A DNA stretch of 63,366 nt, the filler included, from Welwitschia mirabilis (taxonomy: Eukaryota), in the NCBI GenBank assembly GCA_051453625.1. It is 6 parts of one record of this genome, joined end to end, with 100 filler letters (N's around TTAATTAATTAA, not from the genome) between each part and the next. Parts side by side here need not be neighbours in the genome. Positions count along the whole stretch, not along the records: positions 33,737 to 56,945 come from JBOZIK010000001.1; positions 57,046 to 60,329 come from JBOZIK010000001.1; positions 60,430 to 61,994 come from JBOZIK010000001.1; positions 62,095 to 63,366 come from JBOZIK010000001.1; 2 more parts are not named here. The stretch is one strand, 5' to 3'. The translations under genes and the position numbers were made by a program. The notes below the pieces were generated by a model that worked only from the letters and a program-made list of their open reading frames with translations, searched no databases and was not told where the DNA came from. This document shows, one piece after another, positions 53,501 through 63,366 of this stretch (its first letter is position 1; each line of letters begins with the position of its first letter).

Positions 53501-55467
53501 CCTTCTCAACATAAATCTTGGAACATTTGAAAACATTGAATGCTTCTAACTTTTTTATCAAGAATTAAAACCATGTTTTTCTATTACAGTCATTAGTCAA
53601 AGTAAGAAAATACCTCTTTTTGCTATTAGAAATGGGCCTAATTGGTTCACAAATATCAGCCTACATTAACTAAAGAATTTGTAAAGCTCTTCAAGCACTT
53701 TTCTTTGGAAATGAGTCCCTCTTTTTCTTTTCCACTAAACAATCTTTACATGGCTTCAAAGGAGACTTAAGCTATGATAAACTAGTTACCATATTTTTCT
53801 ACTAAAGAGTCTTTAAGCCCTTAAAGCTTAAGTTTCCACATATACAACGCCAGAGTTACACTTTATATTCTGTAATTGTGTTAAAACAAGTAGATGCTAT
53901 AGCCTGAGATATAGCAGGTAGTATATACATTTGATTACGAGACATTTTTATATATATGATTAAGCCTCTCTCAGGGAGAAATACCTTACACTTAATACAT
54001 TGAAATAGAATTGCAAGCCCTTTTTATTAAAACTGCCCAATACTCAATAAATTATTCTTCAACTCTGGCACATAAAATACTTCTGTAATGATCTGTACTA
54101 TTTCATTTACTTGTAGCCTTACATTGCCATTTCCTATTATGGACATTCTTGATTCATTACCCAACTTCACAAAATCTATATAATTTCCATTAAAATCTAA
54201 AAAACATTCCTTCTTCCTACACATATAATTGCTACATCCTGAGTTAAGGAATCACTTATCTTCTTTAGTAGCCTTCTTTACATCCACATATTCCATCAAC
54301 AACATCTCATCTTGACTTTTTGCATAGTTCATTTCCTTTGTGTAGTTGGTATCCTTTTCCTTGATTGGACATTTCCATTGAAAATGCCCTAGTTTATGAC
54401 AATTGTAGGATTCCACTGTGGCTTTGTTAAAATTTTGTCTACCTCTTCCCCTTCCTCTTCCTCAAAAACTTTCATAGCCTTGATCTCTTCCTCCAAGTTG
54501 ATCTCCATGAGTTATCTTCAAAGCTATTGTTCGTCATTATAAGAACTCATGCATTGTTCATGCATAAGCAGACTTCTTCATAGCTCATTAATGGTTAAAG
54601 TTCTTATATCCTTAGACTCCTTAATGGAACACACAACATGATTAAACTTAGGAGTCATAGATCTCAAAATTTTTTCAATAATAGCAACATCTCCCTTGTC
54701 CTCATCATTTGCTTTTATCTTGTTAGCTATGGTAAGGGTTCAAGTAAAATACTCATTTACAAATTCTCCTGCCTTTATGTGGAGAATTTCAAACTCCGTT
54801 TGGAGAGCTTGCAATTGTACATGTTTGATTTGGATTGTACCTTGATATTTTTACTTCATAAAATCCCATAGGATCTTTGATGTATCCTTGTTGAGAATTG
54901 TCTCCAGAATTGAATGATCTGATGCTTGAAATAGATAGTTCTTTGCTTTCAAATCTTTTAACTTCTGATCTTCAATGTTCTTCTTTTGTGTATTTGTAAG
55001 AATAACACCTTTTACTACTGTAGGAATACCATTCTCCACCAAGCCCCAGTACTCCTTTGATCATAAGAAGTTTTCCATGAGTATTGCCTAATGATTATAG
55101 TGCTCATCAAATTGTGAAATTGGCAATTACACAAATGAACTCTCTATCATGACACTTATATTACTTCACACATGGAAGATTATTGCTTCTAATAATTAGG
55201 CCCCATGATGAATATCTGAAAACAAATGTTAAGTGTAGGAAAAATTTATAAAAAGATAAATAAATCTGGAGGAACCTATTATTAAATTAAAAAGTAATCT
55301 AGGCTATTATATAGCCTTACACGATAAAATTGAAAAACAAGAAATTAGTAGATCAAATATTAACAAATTCTAATGTAATAAGACTAATTCAAATAGAAAA
55401 CAGATCCCTTAAAGTAGGTATTTATTTATAAACCTTCTAAACAAAAGGATAAGAATAAATCCTAACA
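47533..55467 (-). mobile_element. Decayed Copia LTR retrotransposon (Ivana/Oryco-like), ~240-bp LTRs at 47533-47776 and 55227-55467, interrupted at 50127-53497
   Basis: Matching LTR pair; PPT AGGGAGGAA (reverse complement of 47777-47785); degenerate PBS at ~55212-55224. Gag DLKAKNYLFQA..SILETIL, RT LDVKPAFLYGEL and EFNMTNLGQMRYFLG. No clean TSD. Confidence 0.92.
50127..53497 (-). mobile_element. Long Gypsy-type (Tekay/Del-like) LTR insertion with no coding domains, nested in the Copia integrase
   Basis: Perfect 5-bp TSD TTTCC (50122-50126, 53498-53502) and termini TATAATGACC...TGTGACA. Removing it rejoins ...KIYVEKE/TNLSIKG. Strand is inferred from PBS-like GCTCTGATTTCA at 50181-50192. Confidence 0.85.
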
Positions 55468-55849
55468 CACAAACCATGATGAAAATTTATGAATAAAAAA
55501 TATTAGCATGTGAAACTTTATGGTGTAGTATACAAAACCTTTTGGACAAATAGCTTTAACCATTTTCAAAGCCTTTGTATGTTATTTGTATGAACTTGCT
55601 CCACTAGATCTATGTAATTCAATAGCCATGGGTGTTCTTTGTTATATGATTTTTACACATCACTATGGATTTTGGATTTTGGATTTTGGTTTAATTTATT
55701 TATAGCTATCTTCCATCAATGTTTGTATCTTTTTTTATTTTTTGAAACAACAATAAGAAAAATCTTCATCAATCCTTGTTTAATTCCAATCTTCTTATTG
55801 TGTCTTTCATTTGTGACATGAAGTATTTTTTATATTAACTTTTTGTACA

Positions 55850-56590
55850 TTAGATTTTTTTTATAATTTAGGTTTTCATACAATAATCTTTTTATAAATC
55901 TTTTTAATAAGTGTTTCTAAACTGAGTTTTTTCTAAAGTAAGTTTATTAGATAAAGTTTATTATTTCATACTGTGTTACTTTTTTTAAAATAAAATTAGT
56001 ATTTAATAAAAATAAATTCTTATTAATAAAATAAAAGCCTAATTTTTAAAAGGAAAATATAACTTAATGGGACTACATTCATCTTATAAAGAAGGCCACA
56101 TTCTTAAATTAGACTATCTTAGATTAATTTTTTAAAATATAAGTATCTTTTTAATATTGGCCTTTTTTACATTAAGTTTACTTTTCTTAGATTAGGTTTT
56201 CTTAACAATTTCAAAAATTAGTTTTTTTAAAATTAAATTTTGTAGATTATATTTTTGTGTTACATGAAGTTTATTTTTCTATTGAGTTTTTATAAATTAT
56301 TTTTTTTAATAATTTAGGTTTTTCGTATAATTAAGTTTTTTAGATTATGTTTTTTTTTTAAATAAGTGTTTCTAAGTTGAGTTTATTTTTTAAAAAATTA
56401 GTTCTTAGATTAAGTTTACTATTAGGTACAATATTACTTTTTTTTCCCTTTTAACTACAAATTAGTATTTGATAAAAATAAGTTCTTGATTAAAAAACAA
56501 AAGCCTAATTTTAAATGAAAAACCTAACTTAGTGGATCACATTCACCTTATAAAAAAAGACCATATTCTTAAATTAGGTGATCTTCAATT
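55850..56590. repeat. AT-rich tandem duplication with a period of ~450 bp
   Basis: 55862-56125 aligns with 56308-56590. Confidence 0.75.
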
Positions 56591-56868
56591 AAGAAAACCT
56601 ACAGATGGTGTCAATATGAGAAAGAGGAAGGCATCATAGTTGATGGTGAAAAAATTAAACTTTTCTCTACTCTAAATGACATGGATCCAAGGCCTTAGGA
56701 ATTTGTTTTATTCCCTCTTACACATGTTGAAGAGATGCTTAGTTTCAGGATCAATCCATTACTTTAAGTTACACATGCAACTACTAGATAACTAGTATAT
56801 CGAGGGCACATAATAAGCTTTCAACAAGATATGTCACATATTGCTAGAGTTTTTTCCTATAAAATTAC

Positions 56869-56945
56869 TGTTGCAATGCCAACTTAAGTGTATTTGATAG
56901 GGTATTTTGAGTTGTTTTGCAGATAAACTAACAGATAAATGCCTA
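56869..56945 (+). mobile_element. 5' tip of another LTR of the 32752 Athila-like subfamily, cut by a scaffold spacer
   Basis: TGTTGCAATGCCAACTTAAGTGTATTTGATAGGGTATTTTGAGTTGTTTTGCAGAT matches 32752-32810. Confidence 0.8.
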
Positions 56946-57109
56946 NNNNNNNNNNNNNNNNNNNNNNNNNNNNNNNNNNNNNNNNNNNNTTAATTAATTA
57001 ANNNNNNNNNNNNNNNNNNNNNNNNNNNNNNNNNNNNNNNNNNNNTTATGAATTAGGTTTCTCAATTAGCCATATTTATAATATAAAATTAGCTTATATA
57101 TATATATAT

Positions 57110-57630
57110 ATATATATTAAGTTAGTTGAAATGTATCAATCTCTATTGTCAATTGGCCGAGAATGAGGCATTGACTTTTGATAAATAGTTAACATTAACT
57201 AAATGATAAGAGTTACTTCACCTAAGAAAAAATGCTTGTTTGGTAGCTCATGTAATATTACTAAAGATTAAGGAAACAAANNNNNNNNNNNNNNNNNNNN
57301 NNNNNNNNNNNNNNNNNNNNNNNNNNNNNNNNNNNNNNNNNNNNNNNNNNNNNNNNNNNNNNNNNNNNNNNNNNNNNNNNTATTGTCAATTGGCCGAGAA
57401 TGAGGCAAGGCATTGACTTTTGGTAAATGGCCAACATTGACTAAATAATAAGAGTTATATATATAAGTTAGTTGAAATGTATCAATCTCTATTGTCAATT
57501 GGCCGAGAATGAGGCAAGGCATTGACTTTTGGTAAATGGCCAACATTGACTAAATAATAAGAGTTACTTCACTTAAGAAAAAATATTTGTTTGGCAGCTC
57601 ATGTAATATTACTAAAGATTAAAGAAACAA
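57110..57630. repeat. Local tandem repeats (~109-bp unit) around a gap, related to the MITE arm at ~20900
   Basis: TATTGTCAATTGGCCGAGAATGAGGC(AAGGC)ATTGACTTTTG at ~57144, 57381 and 57490. Similar to TTAGCCGAAAGCGAAGCATTGACTTTTAG at 20895. Confidence 0.7.
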
Positions 57631-60429
57631 AACAATAAAAAATAAAAAAACTAAATGAGGGGAATTAATGAAACTCATCATCAACGTTAACACTATAAAC
57701 ATGTTAGAATCACACCTCTTTCATAATTAACCAGAAAAAAAAGGTAAAAACAGTGAGACATAATTTCACTAAATCCTAATCAATGATAACCAAAACTCTG
57801 AAATCAACATTTAAGAAACACGATGATAAAAGGTAATATGTAAAACGTTTCATACCTGAGTATCATAGCCTTGGAGAAACTTTATCCACCATTGAGTCTC
57901 GCACTGTCCTTTGAAGCTAATTCCAATTCTCTAGAGCATTTTCATCGCATTTTAACTAAATGATTTCTTTAGAGTATTTGATTATGTTTTAATTGCATGC
58001 ATTTTTATGGGCTATTTTATAGAGGGAATATGACCCCATTATATTAGGTATACAATTTGAAAACCATATCATACTCACTGTAGTGATTACTTTATTTATT
58101 CATGTGAAAACCAATGAGTAACCCTTGGTAGTCTAAGAGTTGAACAACAAATCTATAATCTCACATATGATATATAACTAAGACATTGATGCCTACACTG
58201 GGGTGTGCTTCAAAAATATGAATATAAAGAATAAGATAACTTATGTAGCATGGGATATAGATTCAATACCTTTTATAAAAAAAAATACGATTTAGACTCA
58301 AGACTTTGAATCTTCTAATAACTTATAAAAAGGGGTAAAATCAATTACACTATGCATTACACTCAAAATGGGTCACACTTAAGACTTCAAAGCTCCTAAT
58401 AACTTATAAAAATGAGTAAAAGAAGTTACACAATGCATTAGGCTTAAAATTAATAGAAATAGTTCATAAAAAATTAGATCTTTACATGTTTTCAACTATC
58501 TTTGTAACCTTCATCTCATGTGAATGAAAATATTATTTTTTTGCTACTAATCCTGCTTATGTTCAAATTCCATTCTATGTTAAACTTCTAAACCTTTCAC
58601 TTATTTTTCATCCTCTATTTGAAATTAGATCTATTACTATATTTATTTTAACAAACACCGTTAATAAAAATGGTTACTAGGATGTTTTTATATATAAATG
58701 CCATAAATGAATATTCAACTTTCTTTTTAGGGTTTGCATCCTTAAAAATTCCTTTCTTGTATAAAGTAAATAGCATATTTATTAATAAAAACCCTAATAT
58801 GGGTTCAAATAGGGAATTTTTACCAAAAAAAACATAAAATAGTGTTACTTATTTTTCATTTCTATGTCAGTTCTTTACATGAATGAGACTAGAACATAGA
58901 CTAAGACTTATTTTTGATACATTTATGATCTCTTGCTTCTATGAGAGACAAACTAACATAGCAATTCCTCTATGATAATTATTCATTGGATTTTAGTCTC
59001 TTGTTCTTTTATCAATGGTTATGAAATCTATGTGAACCAATTTTTGAAAGCTCACTTTTGTTGTCTATAACATCCAGTTTGGATCCTTTTGACAGAAAGC
59101 CTCACTTTGTAGTTTTAGAAGGGTGTTAATGCTTTTTGAATCGAATCTAGGTTACACAGACATCTTGAACATGAGGATGAGTCTCTGACTATGCTAACGA
59201 ACTTGTGATGTAATTAGTATTTAGTTATTTACTAGATGCACTTAATCTTCAGTGATAAGTAGGGATCTGTTAAGGAATTATATCAATTCTTTTACTTTAC
59301 CTTAATAATCCTCTTCTTGCATCTATCTTTGATTCATAGGCATTATAAATCTTACTTTGTTAAAAATATTTTTGTGGCAGTTCTAGAATGGAGTCAAAGG
59401 ATTTTCATCTAGAATGTATGTTACATGGACATCTTAAGTATAAGGCTACCTCGCTAAACATGCTAAAGAACTTGTGATTCTATACTAAGCTAATTAAGAG
59501 GCTTCTTCTATTTGGCATTCCTTAGTATTCATTATTTGCTTCTATAATAAATCTTCAAATAAATAAGAAAGCTTCATTCCAAGATAGTCTCCACCATTTT
59601 TAGGATACCTTTATAATTTTCCTTGTAGTTTAATAACCATGAGGGTTTCTATACTACTAATGAATTTTTTTAGTGGCGAGAGGTTTTACAATGATGACCA
59701 TGAGTGATTTCATCTACTAAAAGAAACATGTATCACCAATGAATCATCTACTCCTAAGAGTTGATTTTTAATCAAATTTTACATTAATCAAAACTTAGAT
59801 AGAGAAAAAACTATTAGTTTTGTACTCCTTTTTTGTAAGATTTACTAGCTAGACACTCCTTTTTTATAAGATTCAAGCTCAAGAAGGCTTTAAGCTAATA
59901 ATTAATTTTTAACTCTTATACTATTTATGCACTAAAAAATAATTTAAATTTTTTTATCTCAAAGCATTCAAAAAAAATCTTTTGTGGTCATTGAATGAGG
60001 ATGATGGAGCTATTATATGTTTGAGTTTTTAGTTGTTAAATTAGAACCTTATATGTCATGCATCTTTTGGAGAAAACTTAAATACCTAAAGTGGAAAACT
60101 ATCATTAATTAATTTTTGTGTTATATAACTTTGTAGTAATCAAAGATAGCAAAAAGAACAGCAATAGATTAACATGACTATATAGCTTCATTCCTCAATT
60201 TCTCATTCCTCAGTTTCATTAGCATGTTTAAAAAATAAAATAAATACAAATGATGAGTAAGGTAATTTGATTATGCAATTTTTAATTAAAGAAAAAATGA
60301 GTAATGGAATTTATTCCATATTTCCATATNNNNNNNNNNNNNNNNNNNNNNNNNNNNNNNNNNNNNNNNNNNNTTAATTAATTAANNNNNNNNNNNNNNN
60401 NNNNNNNNNNNNNNNNNNNNNNNNNNNNN

Positions 60430-61597
60430 ATGGTTTAGGAAACCCCCTACTCTATTCTCGATGATCAACTTCTCCCAAGATAGATCTCGGATCTTTGTTA
60501 CTTCTCCAGGTATTCCAGGTTTACCTGTAACCTTTACAAACAGACTTTTCAAGGCTAAGTCTCAACCTATAGAATGTACTTTTCGAGGGTTAGTCTCAAC
60601 CTTTGGTAACATACTTTTCAAGGCTTAGTCTCAACCTTTAGCAATCTGGGTAGTGATGTAGCGATGCCTCAAAAGCATAGATATCACTCGTATTGAAATA
60701 GTACAATAGATGGAGCTCTCCTCCTATAGAAGTACAAATAATGAAGCACTAGATCTAACTTTGAATGAACTAAGTATGCTAATAGTGGATCTCATCCAGT
60801 CAGAAATGTAGATGCCAAGATACAACAATGATAATAATGCCAAATGCATAGCTTGATCCTTCAGATCTAATAGATTAGTTCAAATGAAAGTAGTTCCAAA
60901 AGATCCATTGGTCATCTATGACCTAGCTATTCATAATGTAAGGCTATTAGGGTTTAGTACATTTGAATTGTACCTCCAACGGTTATAAATGATTAGAAAA
61001 TGGCTATCTAATGGTTTGATAATAAATACATAATGTTTAGAAAAATTTCTTTTTCGCTTTGTCCGGTTGACCCCACAAAAATCTAGTTGACTGCATGTGG
61101 TGCCGTGAATTACATAGGTTGCTTGAGAGAAAGATTTGGTCACCTTAAGTTTTTACATCTCCCTATTTGATCGACCCCATCTAGGTCTAGTTAACCCCAG
61201 TCCGGTCGACCCCATCCTGGATCTAGTCGACCCCTTGTCTCTTAGTCTGGAAATACCGTCTGTTAGGTTCCCAAATCCAGTCAACCCCGTGAAAGTTCAG
61301 TCGACTCCTTTTCATTTGGTTCAGGGACACTAATTCTTTAGTTACGTCAATCCCCTCAAAATTTGATCGGCTCCTTTGGATGCAATCCATTTTCCTTTAA
61401 TAGCTTCAGGTGAAGTCGATCCCTTAAGGATCCGGTCAACCCCTCTAGAGGATGAACTAATAAACATGTTTCTGGTATACATTTTAATTTCATATTTCAA
61501 CCTACAAAAACCTTAATGTCTTTTGCACAAATATACAACATTTGCTATACAAAAGACATTAGTTTGAAATCATTATTATTGATGATTCCTCCTAATA
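60430..61597 (-). mobile_element. Sirevirus-type LTR of the same family as 926-2255, probably solo, truncated by a spacer
   Basis: Its reverse complement aligns with ~940-2035 (34-bp array, GTCGAC motifs, GATCATCGAGA.TAGAGTAGGGG). No PPT is evident beyond 61597. Confidence 0.8.
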
Positions 61598-62900
61598 TTA
61601 TAGCATAGATTATTGTTATCTAACTTTTTCTACAATTAATACTTATTAGCACATGTTTTTATGATTGATACATTTTTTTCCTTCTTGATGTCAAGCTTTC
61701 ATTTGTACACTTTTAAACATGCTACATATTGATAATTATTAATTAAAATACTTTCATAATCTTAATGTCATATGCTACTAGCACATTTTCCATAATATCA
61801 TGCTCTGATATTTATTAATTAGTATATTTCTTATAATGTATTATTAGCACTTGAATTATAATTCTATGCCCTGATATTTTGACATACTACCTATTACAAT
61901 GTGAATTTATGCAATCTTGAAGCTCTTTAGGTAAACCTATAAATCATATAACTTGCAGAAAAACACACGCTAGTATAGATGGGAGTTCACCCGANNNNNN
62001 NNNNNNNNNNNNNNNNNNNNNNNNNNNNNNNNNNNNNNTTAATTAATTAANNNNNNNNNNNNNNNNNNNNNNNNNNNNNNNNNNNNNNNNNNNNAATCTT
62101 ATTTGGTCTTATTAATAGAATGATGAGTTTTTTGGATAAATATTGATCACATTAAGGATTTCTTAAGGAGCATGGAGAAGAATGATAGTACACAACAAAG
62201 TTTGAAAATGTAACAGGTTCTAACAATCTTGAAGAGTTGGGAGTCTAGTTTTTGTAAACCACTATTCTTATAGAACCTTCTATATGTATTTTGTAATAGG
62301 TTTATAGTAAGATAATTAGTATATATGTTACATTTACAATTTCAACCCTTAAGTATATATGTTACATCTATGATTTTAACTTGTACTTATAGGTATCAAT
62401 CCCAGTATGGTCCAAATAATACGTTGGTTGTAAAGCATATAGAAGGCTAAATGAGACTATGGAGAGGTAGAAAATGTAAATGTTAATATGAGGATAAATG
62501 AAGAATTTGCTTGTATAATTTATAAAGGAAAAAAGACATCAATTATAAAGGTTTGCCTTGCCATGTATCCNNNNNNNNNNNNNNNNNNNNNNNNNNNNNN
62601 NNNNNNNNNNNNNNNNNNNNNNNNNNNNNNNNNNNNNNNNNNNNNNNNNNNNNNNNNNNNNNNNNNNNNNNNNNNNNNNNNNNNNNNNNNNNNNNNNNNN
62701 NNNNNNNNNNNNNNNNNNNNNNNNNNNNNNNNNNNNNNNNNNNNNNNNNNNNNNNNNNNNNNNNNNATACCTATAATATTTGTAAGGAGATTAGGCCCAA
62801 ACACAAGAAGTGTGTTAATGATAAGTAAGTGTACAAATGTGGTATGAACCATGTAAGGAGTCTTATTTTCATTTATCAAGAAGAGGATCAGCTAGGCACT

Positions 62901-63366
62901 TGTTTTATAATTGGACTCTAATCTCAATGGACATTGAAGAATATGTATGCATAATCAATCACCAACATTCTATCTATGTATTCTTATTAGTATAATCTTA
63001 GTTCTGATGATTCCACTTGTTACATGTAATGTGTTTAATATGTAGACAAAACAATTGAAGAACATCCAAGTTGCACATATGGATTAAGCCAGTCAAACTT
63101 TAAAGCTTAAAGTTCACAGAAGCTTTAGCTCAAAGCTTATGAAAAACACACAAAATTGGCTAGAGACATCTACAATTCTAAACATATCTATGATAAAGAC
63201 ATATGCTATCTTGAAGATGTCTAGGCTAAATCTAAAGTTATCATAGATAAAAGACATTTATCATGACACATATATCTATATTGAATCAAGGAGCTGAGAA
63301 AGTTAAAAGACGTCTAGCAAGTTAAAGACGTGTATACTACTTCAACTATATAAATACATCTACTAA
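62901..63366 (+). mobile_element. Probable LTR 5' part (different family) running off the window
   Basis: Starts TGTTTTATAATTGG. Repeated GACRTCTA and AAAGCTYAAAG motifs precede CTATATAAATAC (~63346), the usual U3 layout. Confidence 0.45.

Noticed and set aside
17500..62050. Recurring palindrome TTAATTAATTAA at five sites
   Set aside because: Always centred in exactly 44 N on each side, so it is an assembly linker and not biology.
62095..62550. Possible CACTA transposase fragment
   Set aside because: No diagnostic motif could be read.
7649..62879. Long ORFs in the track made mostly of X
   Set aside because: Artefacts of translating N gaps.

Overview
AT-rich, gap-riddled land-plant nuclear sequence that is essentially a transposon graveyard. 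I find no intact host gene, RNA gene or CRISPR array. Five artificial 100-bp spacers (N44-TTAATTAATTAA-N44) split the window into six separately assembled pieces, so adjacency across them is unproven. Supported content: Sirevirus-type Copia LTRs (1-545, 926-2255, 60430-61597); a decayed RTEX-like LINE (~3900-6900); two back-to-back Copia pol fragments (8410-11611); two Athila-like Gypsy families with LTRs in both orientations (11612-16601; 27377-34850, the latter with an env-like ORF remnant); CACTA-like subterminal repeats; a fold-back MITE; an ~80-bp satellite; solo LTRs; an L1 remnant; a full-length decayed Copia (42113-47009) whose LTRs appear to end TG...GT; and a second Copia (47533-55467, minus strand) split by a Gypsy LTR with a perfect TTTCC target-site duplication. 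The best leads are a CpG-retaining, promoter-like island with an unrecognised near-open frame (18334-19990), the RTEX-like LINE, the non-canonical LTR end, and tandem LTR-end/PBS units at 50127-50267. I do not see convincing evidence of a wholly new biological system. All lineage calls come from motifs recognised by eye, not from database searches.
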